This document shows positions 26,350 through 36,412 of a DNA stretch of 63,719 nt, piece after piece. The notes under the pieces were generated by a model, which was not told the origin of the DNA, made no database searches, and worked only from the letters and a program-made list of their open reading frames with translations. Within the stretch, counting starts at the first letter, position 1, and the number at the start of each line of letters is the position of its first letter. The position numbers and the translations under genes are program-made. The stretch is from a virus (lineage: Duplodnaviria > Caudoviricetes), in the IMG/VR virus record IMGVR_UViG_3300036851_000548, positions 1-63,719 of that record. One strand, given 5' to 3'.

Positions 26350-27323
26350 ACAGCGGGGAGCGGCGCAGGCAAGAGGTCGCGTTCGATCTCCCAGGCGCGG
26401 CGGTCGGCGGCGGTCGGCCCGGACGCGCGGCGGAGGGGACGCGCCCTCGCCCCGGCGAGCATCTCGGCCTCCCCCTCGGGACCCGACTCGATCATCATCT
26501 TCAGCGAGAGCGCGACGTCCTCGTCCGGGATCCAGTCGTCCGGGTGGATGCAGAGCGAGACGACCGGCTCGTGCGTAACCGGGTCGACGATCGAGGCGCC
26601 GTTGCCGACGGAGATCCGGTAGAGCCAGTTGATCGTGCCGCGCACGTGGAAGCCGCCCTCGCAGACGAACTCGATCAGCTGCAGCGGGGAGAGGTGCTCG
26701 CGAAGGAGCGCCTCGGCCTTCCGGTTCGCGGCCTGGTACGGCATCTCCGCTTCAAGCGCCGCCGCGTTCAGCCCTTCGACGTGCGCGACGTAGGCGCGGT
26801 GCATCCGCTTTCTGGCGTTCTTCGGCAGCCTGAACCTGCGCTCTCCGGGTTCGAGCGTGAGCGGCGGCAGGCGCCCGTACCTGCGCTTCAACTCGACGCA
26901 CTGCTCCACGATGAACGCGTCGCCCTGGTCCTGGAGGTCGGCGCTCGCCATGTGCACGTCGTGGAGGCCGCGCCGGTATTCGAGCTCCTGCTGCGACCCC
27001 ATCCGCTCGGTGACGGCGACCTTCAGCGTGTAGATGCACGGCCGCCACGACCACACCGCGTCGGGGTCGTCGTGGAGCGCGGTGAGACCCGAGGGGGCGC
27101 GGAGCGTCGCCATCATGTACGAGTGCGGCATCAGGAGCGGCGCGCCCGAGTCGGCCCTGCCGAAGAACGCGACGAGCGTCTCCATGACGAGCAGCGCCCC
27201 GGTCTCGGACTCGTAGGCGGGCATCCCGGCGTGGGGGACGCAGGGGGCCGGTCGCCCGCCCTTCGAGACGGTGCGCGGCCCCGGCTCGGCAGCGAAGACG
27301 TCGAGGTGGGGAAGGCCGCTCAC
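26346..27323 (-). CDS. hypothetical protein with a C-terminal CxH domain
   Basis: KAEALLREHL...SLCIHP...DVALSLKMMIE; GTGA overlap. Confidence 0.6.
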   Translation of the reverse strand: MSGLPHLDVFAAEPGPRTVSKGGRPAPCVPHAGMPAYESETGALLVMETLVAFFGRADSGAPLLMPHSYMMATLRAPSGLTALHDDPDAVWSWRPCIYTLKVAVTERMGSQQELEYRRGLHDVHMASADLQDQGDAFIVEQCVELKRRYGRLPPLTLEPGERRFRLPKNARKRMHRAYVAHVEGLNAAALEAEMPYQAANRKAEALLREHLSPLQLIEFVCEGGFHVRGTINWLYRISVGNGASIVDPVTHEPVVSLCIHPDDWIPDEDVALSLKMMIESGPEGEAEMLAGARARPLRRASGPTAADRRAWEIERDLLPAPLPAV

Positions 27324-28538
27324 TGCGGCGTGTACGTGTGCAGGACGTAGTCGGAGCCGCAGCCAGGGCAGACGCAGAGCCAGTCCTCGCAGGGCTGCTG
27401 ATGGGAGAGGCCGACCCACTCCCATCCGTCGCGGAGCAGCCGCGTGCGCGGCGAGAGGAGCGGTGCGCACACCCTGTAGCAACCGGGGCACTTCACCTTC
27501 ACCTTCGCCCGCGAGAACGTCTCGCGCTCATCGTCGATCGCCTCCTCGTTGTCAAAGAGGACGGGGCGGTGTACGACGCGCATCTCGCGGCGACGGTCCT
27601 CGGCATCCGCCCTCGGGATCGGGCGAGGACGCATCCCGGCCAGTTCGTCCAGGTCTATCACGTGTCCGAGTCCGTGTCGCTGACCTCGACCGTGACCGAG
27701 CGCGCGCCCGGGTCGCGGAGGAGTTCGGCGACGTCGTCGGCAGCCTGTTCGGGCGTCATGGCGTCCGTGTAGCGCGTCCCGGCGACGGAGCGCCTCTCGT
27801 CGCCTTCGCCCTCCCACCGGCAGAAGGACAGCGTGTAGCGGGTCATGCGATCACGTCGAGTCGTCCGCAGCGGATCCCGACGCGGACGGACATCTCGCGG
27901 CCGTCGATGTCGAACGCGAGCACCATCTCCTTCGCGTCCGACTCGACCCGCGCCGACGCCAGCGGATGGCCGAGCGCCTCGGTCAGCATGAGCGCGATCC
28001 GGAGGCCCCGGTCGGCCACGGACTCGGCGGGCACGAGCGCGCGCATCTCGCCGCCGCAGGACGGGCAGGCGCCCGTCGAGGTCGCCTCGCTCTGCCGTGC
28101 GATGCGCTGGCACCCGAGGCAGGAGTAGCGGGGGTCCCACCGATCGATCAGCGCCTGCGTCTCCTCGATCCGCTCCTCCGTGTTCGCGGCCGTCACGATC
28201 ATGTGGAACCTGTGCGGGCACGGCTGCACCTCGCCGCCGTGCTGCACAGCCGGGTGCAGCTGCGGGTCCGGGGAGTCGCAGCGGGGGCAGCGGGCGATCC
28301 GGACGAGGCCGTTCACTCCGTCCGCGCGGTCGGTGACGAGGCCCTCCTCCTCCAGGTGCCGGACGGCGTCGCGGACGCCGCGGACGAGCGGCATCTTCAC
28401 CTGGTCGCGGGGGATGCCCTTCAGTCGTGCGCCGATCGCCGACCACGCGAGGCTGCCGGGGGCGTGGTCGGCGACGAGACGCAGCACCTCGTCGGGGTCG
28501 ACGTGGTCGATCTTGTCCTTCGCGGCGAGGAGTCCCAT
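27320..28538 (-). CDS. three hypothetical genes (27320-27661 Zn-binding; 27658-27846; 27843-28538 wHTH plus Zn ribbons)
   Basis: CxxC pairs; coupled start/stop codons. Confidence 0.5.
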
Positions 28539-28828
28539 CAGCGGGTCACCGCGGCCGACGCGACGGGGCCTCCGGCGCTCGCGCGCGGGCGCGTCCCCTC
28601 GGCCTTGTCCTTCGCGGACCGCGCGCCAGGCGCGGCGAGCAGCTTGCCGTGCTTCTTCGAGAACCGCTGCACGGGCTTGCCGCGCGCCTCGGCGACCTCG
28701 TAGAACAGGTAGCCGTCCTTCTTCAGCCGGTCGAACTCCTCCTTCGCCTTCTTCACGCTCCCAGCGTCGTCGGGGTCCCATTCGACCTTCACGTCGCCGT
28801 GCTCATTCAGTACCACGATCTCGCCCAC
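28538..28828 (-). CDS. small conserved-looking phage protein (GDVKVEWDP family)
   Basis: AGGAG RBS; own promoter motif at 28863-28884. Confidence 0.7.
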   Translation of the reverse strand: MGEIVVLNEHGDVKVEWDPDDAGSVKKAKEEFDRLKKDGYLFYEVAEARGKPVQRFSKKHGKLLAAPGARSAKDKAEGTRPRASAGGPVASAAVTR

Positions 28829-28910
28829 GGGGGATCTCCTGTCTGGTCGGGGGTCGCGTATCAGGATAGACGGGCGGGCGGACGATTGCCACCCGCCCGT
28901 CGGCCCCGGG

Positions 28911-29393
28911 CTACTCCGGGCGCGCGTTCGCCTCGTCCGCGAACGCCCCGACCGGGACGTCGTCGACGAGTTCGCCGCTCTCAGTGAAGTGCAGCTCCGG
29001 GCCGTACCGCTTCGCGACGACGTTCGTGTTCGGGTGCCCCTCGTACGCCGTCTCCCCCTCCTCGGGCGGCTCGACCAGGCTGCAGCGGCCGAAGACGGTC
29101 AGGCCGGTATTGCAGACGAGGACGATCTCCTCGTAGGGGACGTCCTCGTAGACGACCTCGCCGCCCTCCCTGACGATCTCGCCGTCGGCGCGCTTCGGCT
29201 GGTGGCGGACGTACCGGCGGCGCTGGATCCGCGAGCCGGGCGGGATCACGAGCCGCGTCTCCTTCGCCCCGCCGATCGTGAAGGTGACGTCGTCGCCCTG
29301 CTTCGCCGGGACGCTCGCCCGGGTGGCGGCGGGGTCGTTCAGGGTCGACGTGAGCGGGCGGGCGCCGCTGACGTCGAGGATGTGCGTGGACAT
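28911..29393 (-). CDS. hypothetical protein
   Basis: AGGAGGAG RBS; high GC3. Confidence 0.7.
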   Translation of the reverse strand: MSTHILDVSGARPLTSTLNDPAATRASVPAKQGDDVTFTIGGAKETRLVIPPGSRIQRRRYVRHQPKRADGEIVREGGEVVYEDVPYEEIVLVCNTGLTVFGRCSLVEPPEEGETAYEGHPNTNVVAKRYGPELHFTESGELVDDVPVGAFADEANARPE

Positions 29394-29544
29394 GCGCTCC
29401 TCCTGTGTCGGTTTTTCCGGTGCAGTCGCGCCTCGGCGGGTCGCGTTCGGGTGGTGCGGTCGGCGGCTCGGCGGCCTGCCGTCTCAGGTGGGCGCCCTCG
29501 GTGCGGCGCGTCCGGGTAAGAGTAGCGGCCAGGGCCGGGTGGCG

Positions 29545-30177
29545 CTAGGTGAGGACGCCTGCCCGGAGAAATCCGTGGTAGCCGGGCGAGGCGATCGAGC
29601 CCGCGCCTGCGGCGCAGGTCTCGCCGTCCTTGCCGACGGTGACCATCGGCGGCTCGCCGTTCCGGATCCAGCACTTGTGGGCGCGGTCTCCCTTGCGGGT
29701 GCAGTTCGTCGCCTCGGCGTCGACGGTCCACTGGTGCCCATCGGGGAGCTTCACGACGAGGGTGCGGCCGTCGGGTCCGTGCGCCCATTCGCCCATCCAG
29801 TCGGCGTACCACATCGCGCCGGGCGGCGCGTCCTCGATCGTGGCGAAGTCGCCGACGGAGGCCGCCGCGCCGGGGACGGCCGAGGCGACCCTGTAGATGC
29901 GCCTGACCAGCACTTGGCGGTGGTCGTCTGGAGCGAATGACCGGCCGCACCCGTCGCAGCCGGTCGGCCAGCGGGGATCGCCTGCGAACGCGTCGGGGTC
30001 CGGGCTGCGGTGCAGGCCGTCATCGGTGATCAGGGCGTGGCCGTTCTCGATCGCGGCGAGGGCCTCGTGCCAGCCTCCCGCGCAGGTGTAGTCGCCGCCC
30101 TCGTGGTCTCGAACGTAACGGCGAAGCCAGCGCTTCTCGTCCTCGGTCGGCTCCAGCAGGTAGCAGGGGGTCGGCAC
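29545..30177 (-). CDS. Cys/His-rich hypothetical protein (C-terminus resembles DUF6527)
   Basis: NC...HKCW...GSI...YHGFL. Confidence 0.55.
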   Translation of the reverse strand: MPTPCYLLEPTEDEKRWLRRYVRDHEGGDYTCAGGWHEALAAIENGHALITDDGLHRSPDPDAFAGDPRWPTGCDGCGRSFAPDDHRQVLVRRIYRVASAVPGAAASVGDFATIEDAPPGAMWYADWMGEWAHGPDGRTLVVKLPDGHQWTVDAEATNCTRKGDRAHKCWIRNGEPPMVTVGKDGETCAAGAGSIASPGYHGFLRAGVLT

Positions 30178-30181
30178 GGGG

Positions 30182-30856
30182 CTACGCCGCGGCCGACTGT
30201 TCGGAGTCGGCGCGCTGGCGGGCGAGGGCGCGCATCGCGGTCTCGATCAGCCGGAGCGCGGTCTTGCACTGCTCGTGGGTGAGGCTCTGCCCGTACCGTT
30301 CGTCCGACTCGCGCAGCTTCCGGATCACGTCGGCGGGGGACGACCCGGCGAGCGGGCGGCCGATCACGGTCTCGCCCCGCAGCCTGCGCTCGCGGACGTC
30401 GGCGAGCTCGGCGCGACGCGTCTCCTCGCCGCGGAGCAGCAGCAGCGTCTGCCCGACGTGCGACTGCGACTTCCCGACCAGCTCGCCGATCTGCCGGTTG
30501 TTCAGGCCGAACTCGTCGCGGAGCCGCAGGTACAGCGCGGCCCGCTCGTCCTTGGTCAGGTTCTCGCGGTGGACGTTCTCGACAATCATCGCGGCGAGCC
30601 GCTCCTGCTCGGAGCCGAACTCGCGGAGCACGGCGGGGACAGCCGGGAGGCCCGCCTCGCGCGCGGCGGCGTGGCGGCGGTGGCCCGCGACGATCAGGTA
30701 GCGGCCGTCCGGCTTCGGCGTCAGCACGAGCGGCTGCAGCACCCCGAACCGGCCGATCGTGTCCGCGAGCTCCGAGATGTCGCCGACGCTGGCGCGGGGG
30801 TTGTCGGCGGCCGGGTCGATCAGGCCGACCGGCACCTGGACGGTCATGGCTTCCAC
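30182..30856 (-). CDS. ParB/Spo0J-like protein with HTH
   Basis: NPR, GVLQPL, IVAGHRR, ENVHRENL, GKSQSHV. Confidence 0.88.
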   Translation of the reverse strand: MEAMTVQVPVGLIDPAADNPRASVGDISELADTIGRFGVLQPLVLTPKPDGRYLIVAGHRRHAAAREAGLPAVPAVLREFGSEQERLAAMIVENVHRENLTKDERAALYLRLRDEFGLNNRQIGELVGKSQSHVGQTLLLLRGEETRRAELADVRERRLRGETVIGRPLAGSSPADVIRKLRESDERYGQSLTHEQCKTALRLIETAMRALARQRADSEQSAAA

Positions 30857-30886
30857 GCTCCGAACGTATCAGGATGCCCGGACGGG

Positions 30887-31087
30887 TCAGCCGTCAGGGG
30901 GGTGCATCCGGAGCGCGTCGATGTAGCCCCGGCCGTACGCGGCCCGCACGTGGGGGCCGACGAGCGCCTCGACGGGGTCGGCGTCGATGGTCGCCCACGC
31001 CTTCGGGAGGTCCGCGAGCAGCGACTGCATCTCCGGGTCCGCGTCGAACATCGCGTCGAGCTGCTCCCTGGTCGGCGCCTCGGCCAC
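30887..31087 (-). CDS. hypothetical protein
   Basis: leaderless GTG after TAGGAT; RAAYGRGY. Confidence 0.55.
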   Translation of the reverse strand: MAEAPTREQLDAMFDADPEMQSLLADLPKAWATIDADPVEALVGPHVRAAYGRGYIDALRMHPPDG

Positions 31088-31097
31088 GGCGGGGATC

Positions 31098-32513
31098 CTA
31101 TCGCCTCGTCCGGATCGTCTCCAGGCGGTCGCCGACGCGCGGGATCCGGCCCTGCGGGACGCTGGAGGTGCCGCGGCGACCGGCGGCGCGGCCGGTGATC
31201 GCGTTGTGCGCGCCGGAGAGCGCGTCGACGCAGTCGTCCTTCGCGCCGTTCGGGAAGATCGAGACCTCGTCGAGGAACTCCAGCAGGTTCGGACACGTCT
31301 CCATGATCTGCACCAGCCCGTTGCCGACGGCGGCGGCGACGGGGCGCGCCCTGACCTCCTTCGCTGCGTTGGCGCCCTGGATCCTCGTCAGCCCCTCGTG
31401 GCACGCGAACCCCTGCAGCACCCGGCGCTTGTAGTTCGCGAGCTGCGCCTTCCCCGCCTGCCCGGGGTCCCTCTCGACGTAGACGGGGACGGCGCGGCCG
31501 TCCTCCTCGGCGGTGCGGCGGACGGTCTGCTCGACCCTGTCGTCCTGCCAGCGGCCCCGGACGATGTGGCGGACGGTGAAGGTGCCGTTTGCGTCGACCT
31601 CGTAGCGGAGCCCGACGGTCCAGTCGGGGTCGGGGTAGGCGGCGGACACCTCGCTCCCGGCGAGGTCCCAGTAGCGGAGCGACGACACGGCCGGGGCGAC
31701 CTCGTCGGGTGCGACGATCCGGAAGTCGTCCCGCTTGAACTTGCCGCCCTCCTCGGTCACGTCCCAGTCGCCGTCGATCAGCCGCTGCCGGTCGATCGGC
31801 GAGAGGTGCGCGAGCGATAGCAGGTAGGCGTCATAGTCGAGGTGCGGGTTGTCGTGGATCGTGGCGGGCACGAATACCGCCTGCGGGTCGCGGGTCGCGC
31901 GCTCGATGAAACGGCTCTTCACCCACTGGTGCCCGATGTCGCCCGGGTTGGACGCGGACCGCATCCGCAGAGGGATCTCGTCGAGGTAGCCGCCCTTCGC
32001 CTGCCGCAGGACGCGGAACATGGCGCGGTAGAGGCCCTCGGGGAACGACGTCAGCTCGTCGAAGCCGCAGAACGAGTACGACGGCCCCTTGTAGATCTTC
32101 ACGTCGGCGGGGGTGGCGAGGTACCCGAACCGGATGCTCGCGCCAGACGGGAACGTCCAGGAGCGCTTGGTGCCGTTCCAGTAGGCGTCGCTCGTGTCGA
32201 GCCAGTCGTGCGACGCCTCGATCAGGCCGCCGGGCTGCTCGAACTCGCCGAGGCTGGGGCGGAGCAGCAGCCCGTGGTAGCCGGGCACGTCGACGTACTG
32301 AAGCGAGGCCATCAGCAGCCCGTACGACTTGCCCGGCCCCGCTGCGCCTCCGAAGAACGCCTCCAGTTCGTCGCGGCGGAGGTACCACTCCTGCTTCGGC
32401 GTCGGCTCCAGCGGGCAGTAGGCGCGGGGAAGGCGGAGCGGTCCGAGCGCCTCCTCCAGCGTCTCCCAGGCGACGTCGTCGAGGTCGGCGGCGGCGAGGT
32501 CGAGGACGGTCAC
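31098..32513 (-). CDS. terL: terminase large subunit
   Basis: FGGAAGPGKS Walker A, FDE Walker B, SASNP motif C, YWDLA and DDCVDALSGA nuclease motifs. Confidence 0.92.
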   Translation of the reverse strand: MTVLDLAAADLDDVAWETLEEALGPLRLPRAYCPLEPTPKQEWYLRRDELEAFFGGAAGPGKSYGLLMASLQYVDVPGYHGLLLRPSLGEFEQPGGLIEASHDWLDTSDAYWNGTKRSWTFPSGASIRFGYLATPADVKIYKGPSYSFCGFDELTSFPEGLYRAMFRVLRQAKGGYLDEIPLRMRSASNPGDIGHQWVKSRFIERATRDPQAVFVPATIHDNPHLDYDAYLLSLAHLSPIDRQRLIDGDWDVTEEGGKFKRDDFRIVAPDEVAPAVSSLRYWDLAGSEVSAAYPDPDWTVGLRYEVDANGTFTVRHIVRGRWQDDRVEQTVRRTAEEDGRAVPVYVERDPGQAGKAQLANYKRRVLQGFACHEGLTRIQGANAAKEVRARPVAAAVGNGLVQIMETCPNLLEFLDEVSIFPNGAKDDCVDALSGAHNAITGRAAGRRGTSSVPQGRIPRVGDRLETIRTRR

Positions 32514-32770
32514 AGCGGCCTCCGGCCGCCGCGGCGGACCCACCCGGTGATCCCGCGCGAGCGCGGCGTGCGCCGCACCGTCCGGGGCGCGGACGCGTAG
32601 ACGGCCCGCAGGACGCGCACGGGCGTCCCTGTGGGACGGATGGCGCGCGCGAGGTGCCAGCGGTCGCGCTCGATGTTGTCGGGGAAGAACGGCCCCTGGC
32701 GCCACAGGGCGGCAAACGACAGGTTGAAGAGGGTCGCATCGACCGTGGCGACAGGCAGCGTGCCGGTCAT
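32510..32770 (-). CDS. hypothetical protein
   Basis: coupled to both neighbours. Confidence 0.45.
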   Translation of the reverse strand: MTGTLPVATVDATLFNLSFAALWRQGPFFPDNIERDRWHLARAIRPTGTPVRVLRAVYASAPRTVRRTPRSRGITGWVRRGGRRPL

Positions 32771-34521
32771 GCCGCGCCCCTCCTGCGCCTGCGCTCCCAG
32801 ACGTCGCGGGCGAGTTCGCGGATCCGGTCGCGGACGTCGGGGGCGGGTTCGAACAGCGGCGCGTCGGGGTCGAGGATCGGGTCGGCCTGCTGCCGCTTCA
32901 GCTGCAGCACCTCCGCCATGACGGGGTCGCTGCCGTGGTCGGACAGGAGGAAGTACGCGACGACCGGCTCCTCGGGGACGGTCCCGTCGGCGTGGTCGCG
33001 CTGGAGCCTGCCGATGCACTGCGTGTGGATCGCGGGGGCCCAGTCGATTTCCCCGAACACCGCGATCCGGGCGGCCTCCTGCAGCCCGTCGAGGCCCGCC
33101 CCGGCGCGGAGGCTCATCAGCAGCACGCGGCTGGCGCCGGACAGGAACGCGTCCGCGTTCCGCTGCTTCTGCGTTGGGGACTCGGTGCCGGTGTAGAGGA
33201 CGGGGTTCGCGTCCGCGAGCCTGTCCAGCCAGATGTCGTAGACGGCGCGGTGCCAGCCGAAGAGGACGACCTGCTCGTCGGTCTCCAGCAGCATCTTCAC
33301 GAACTCGGCGACGTACGGGGCCTTCGCGATCCCGGTCGCCTGCCGCATCCGCCAGTCGAACTCGCCGGACGCCTGGAACAGCTGCTGCCTCGGCGCGGTG
33401 CGGTGCACGAGGATCTCCGCGAGGTCGAGGGCGTCCTCGATGAGCGACTCGAACAGGTCGGCGTCGGCGTCGATCGCGTGCGGCACCCGGATCACCGGCG
33501 GCAGCTCGCGGCCGACGTCCTTGCGCGACCGGCGCAGCATCAGCCCCTGGTCGCGGAGGTAGAGGCCGAGCGCGGCGGGGTCGCGGACGGTCGCGTGCCT
33601 GCCCTCGAAGCCGACCTCGGAGCGGCCACCCCACTCGCGCAGGAACTCCTCGCGGCTGCCGAGGCGGCCGGGGGCAAGCACCTCCATGATCGTGTGCACC
33701 TCGTCGCCGTAGTTGTAGACGGGGGTCGCGGTCAGCCCGACCCGATACTCGGCCTGGAACGCGACCCGCGACGCGGCCTGCCACTTCTGGCTGTCCATGC
33801 GGCGGAGCTCCTGCACCTCGTCGAAAATCACCGTGCGGACGTTCCCGGCGAGGTGGTCGCCCCAGCCGCGCAGCTTTGAGTACTGCATGATCAGCACGTC
33901 CGGCTCGTGCCCGTTGCGGTCGCGGAGGTCGTGGGGCTGCATCCGCTTGGCGACGTGGTAGCGGAGCAGCGGAAGCGTCTTCAGCAGTTCATCGACCCAC
34001 TGCGCCGGGAGGTGCGTCAGCGTCACGATCAGGGCGGGCAGCGCGTTCGGCTCCCGCAGCAGCAGCAGGCCGCTCATCGACTTGCCGAGACCGACGTCGT
34101 CGGCGAGCAGCAGCGACCCGGTCGTCAGTGCGAGGTCGGCGGCGACGAGCTGGTACTCGCGGGCGGGGCGGGCTGGCTCCGCGAACGGCAGGTGCGGGCG
34201 CTCGCCGGTCAGGATCGCATGGACGGCCTGCTCCGTCCGCCGGTGCTCGTCGGCATCCCCGGCGAGGCGCGCGGCGGTCTCCGCGTCCATCTCCATCGGG
34301 TACCGCTCCAGCAGCCACTGCAGGTCGCGGCCGACCTCGGGGGTGGCGTGCAGGACGATGCCGCCGTCGAGGTACGGGTAGGCGCGCGGAAACAGCCGCT
34401 TCGCCTTGATCAGCACGTACGGCGCGGCCTTCAGCGCCCACATCGGGCGCGGGCCGCCGTTCCGCCACCCGACGCGGGCGGCCGGGTTCGGGTCGTAGCG
34501 GAGGACGCCGTGCGTTTTCAA
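32767..34521 (-). CDS. SNF2/SF2-type helicase
   Basis: LADDVGLGKS, DEVQ, LTATP, GLDGLQ, QCIGRLQR. Confidence 0.88.
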   Translation of the reverse strand: MKTHGVLRYDPNPAARVGWRNGGPRPMWALKAAPYVLIKAKRLFPRAYPYLDGGIVLHATPEVGRDLQWLLERYPMEMDAETAARLAGDADEHRRTEQAVHAILTGERPHLPFAEPARPAREYQLVAADLALTTGSLLLADDVGLGKSMSGLLLLREPNALPALIVTLTHLPAQWVDELLKTLPLLRYHVAKRMQPHDLRDRNGHEPDVLIMQYSKLRGWGDHLAGNVRTVIFDEVQELRRMDSQKWQAASRVAFQAEYRVGLTATPVYNYGDEVHTIMEVLAPGRLGSREEFLREWGGRSEVGFEGRHATVRDPAALGLYLRDQGLMLRRSRKDVGRELPPVIRVPHAIDADADLFESLIEDALDLAEILVHRTAPRQQLFQASGEFDWRMRQATGIAKAPYVAEFVKMLLETDEQVVLFGWHRAVYDIWLDRLADANPVLYTGTESPTQKQRNADAFLSGASRVLLMSLRAGAGLDGLQEAARIAVFGEIDWAPAIHTQCIGRLQRDHADGTVPEEPVVAYFLLSDHGSDPVMAEVLQLKRQQADPILDPDAPLFEPAPDVRDRIRELARDVWERRRRRGAA

Positions 34522-34877
34522 AGGTCGGCCCCGGGGAGCGCGATCACGGCGAGCCGCTTGTCCGCGATGGCCCGCTGCAGGCGGAGGTGGCTGACGCGGG
34601 TCGTGACGAGCACTATCCCGTCGATCTTGCCCGTGTCGAGGTAGCGGCGCAACTGGCGGGCGACCTCCCCGGCGCTCCCGCTCGTCTTCACCTCGACCGC
34701 GACCCGGTCGACGAGGACGTCGGGGCGGCAGCCCTTCGCGATCGTGACCTCGCGGCGGGGGCTGAACCCGGCGTGGAAGAGCGCCGCCGCGACCCCGGCC
34801 TGCAGCGCGTCCTCGCTGGCGTACGCGAACCTGTAGGCGCGGATGGCGTGCTCGACCTGCCGGAGGGCGTCGGTCAC
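34518..34877 (-). CDS. PD-(D/E)XK nuclease-like protein
   Basis: RPDVLVDRVAVEVK...QLRRY. Confidence 0.7.
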   Translation of the reverse strand: MTDALRQVEHAIRAYRFAYASEDALQAGVAAALFHAGFSPRREVTIAKGCRPDVLVDRVAVEVKTSGSAGEVARQLRRYLDTGKIDGIVLVTTRVSHLRLQRAIADKRLAVIALPGADL

Positions 34878-36412
34878 GCGTCCGCCAGGAGGTCGAGCTG
34901 CCCGGACGCGGCGACCTGCTCGCGCGCGGCGTCGGCGCGCTCACGGGCGCGAACGTAGTCGAGGGCGCCCTCGCCGTGCTCCGCCCAAAACCGGATCCGC
35001 GCCTCCGCGATCCGCATGTAGCCCGGCTCTCGCTCGACCCCGACGAACCGATGGCCGTCGATCGCGGCGGCACAGCCGGTGGTGCCCGAGCCGAGGAACG
35101 GGTCCAGCACGACTCCTCCCGGCGGGGTCACGAGCCGGATCAACCAGCGCATGAGCGCGATCGGCTTCACGGTTGGGTGGCCGTTGCGGGAGGTCCGGTC
35201 GGTGCCTTCGGCCTGGAATGTGCCGGGGCTGGCGTCGCCGCTCGACCAGTTCAGCGGCTGCGCGTCGAAGCCCTCCAGCCCGGCGTTCCGCTCGGCACGG
35301 CTGACCTTGGCGCAGTAGAAGAAGCGGGACGCGCCGCCGGAGTCGCCGTAACTGGGTGGCATCTCGTCTTCGCCTTCCATCCCGTAAACCTGATGTGGCT
35401 GCCAGCGGCGCGGCGTTCCGCCCTTGTTTCCGGCCGCGTGAAGGTGCTCGGTCTGCTCGTCGAGCGCCTCGGCGGCGTCCTCGTCGAGCAGCACGTTCGC
35501 GGGCCAGCGCCCCACCTGCCCGTCCTCGGCCGCGACGGCCTGCGACCTGAACTCCTCCCGCCCCGGCGACGCATTGAAGCGGACGGGTTCGTCGGGATCG
35601 CGGCCTGCGTTCGACGTGCCCCAGACGCCGTCGCCCTTCGGCCCCGCGACGCGGCAGGCGTCCACGTTCAGCGCCCCGGTCCCGTGCGCCAGCACGTTCG
35701 CCGCCACCGTCCCGTCGAGGGGCTTCCTCGCCAGCACGATCGGCTCGAACGCGGGCTTCAGCGCGGTCCCCCATCCCTGGACGGCACGAGCCTCCTCGGT
35801 CTCCGGCTCGTACACGTGGCGGAGACCGTCGGGGTTCTCTGGGCTGGCGTGGAACGTCTGCCCGATCCTCGGCCCCTCCTTCTCCTCCTGCCGCCGGACG
35901 CCGCCGCGAATGAAGTGGTCCTCGCGTCGCCAGCCGCCCTCCGCGCCGAGCACCTTGTCGACGGCACGGGCGACGTCGTGGCTTTTCGGGAACCCGCTGC
36001 CGTACATCCAGGCGAGCGTGTCGCGGATCTCGAACCCGGCGTCCTCGACCCCGGAGACCATCCGGTGGTAGGTGCGCGTCCCCGCGAAGCAGAGCAGGTG
36101 GCCGCCGGGCTTCAGGACTCGGTACGCCTCCTGCGCCCACGCCTCCGTCCACATCTGGAAGGCGCGGTTCCCCGTCGCGCTCACGTCGTAGATCCCCGCC
36201 GACTGCGCGCCGTTGCCGAAGTCCCCGCCGTCAGCGTCCCGGCCGAGGGAGCGGCGACGCTCGACCTCCCGTTCTATGTCGGCGCCGTCCCACGACTTCC
36301 CCATGAAGCGGATCCCGTACGGCGGGTCGGTCACGACGGCGTCCACGCTCTCGGCTGACAGTCCGCGCATGGCCTCGACGCAGTCGCCGAGGATCAGGGT
36401 CGGCTCGCTCAC
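34874..36412 (-). CDS. amino-DNA methyltransferase (N6A/N4C, beta class)
   Basis: TDPPY, HPTVKP, VLDPFLGSGTT. Confidence 0.92.
   Translation of the reverse strand: MSEPTLILGDCVEAMRGLSAESVDAVVTDPPYGIRFMGKSWDGADIEREVERRRSLGRDADGGDFGNGAQSAGIYDVSATGNRAFQMWTEAWAQEAYRVLKPGGHLLCFAGTRTYHRMVSGVEDAGFEIRDTLAWMYGSGFPKSHDVARAVDKVLGAEGGWRREDHFIRGGVRRQEEKEGPRIGQTFHASPENPDGLRHVYEPETEEARAVQGWGTALKPAFEPIVLARKPLDGTVAANVLAHGTGALNVDACRVAGPKGDGVWGTSNAGRDPDEPVRFNASPGREEFRSQAVAAEDGQVGRWPANVLLDEDAAEALDEQTEHLHAAGNKGGTPRRWQPHQVYGMEGEDEMPPSYGDSGGASRFFYCAKVSRAERNAGLEGFDAQPLNWSSGDASPGTFQAEGTDRTSRNGHPTVKPIALMRWLIRLVTPPGGVVLDPFLGSGTTGCAAAIDGHRFVGVEREPGYMRIAEARIRFWAEHGEGALDYVRARERADAAREQVAASGQLDLLADA

Noticed and set aside
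29400-29515. SAH or ZTP riboswitch
   Set aside because: Only a partial CCGAGGGCGC resemblance; the other conserved elements are missing.
31098-34521. Inteins in the terminase or SNF2 helicase
   Set aside because: Both have normal lengths, contiguous motifs and no C/S...HN splice signatures.
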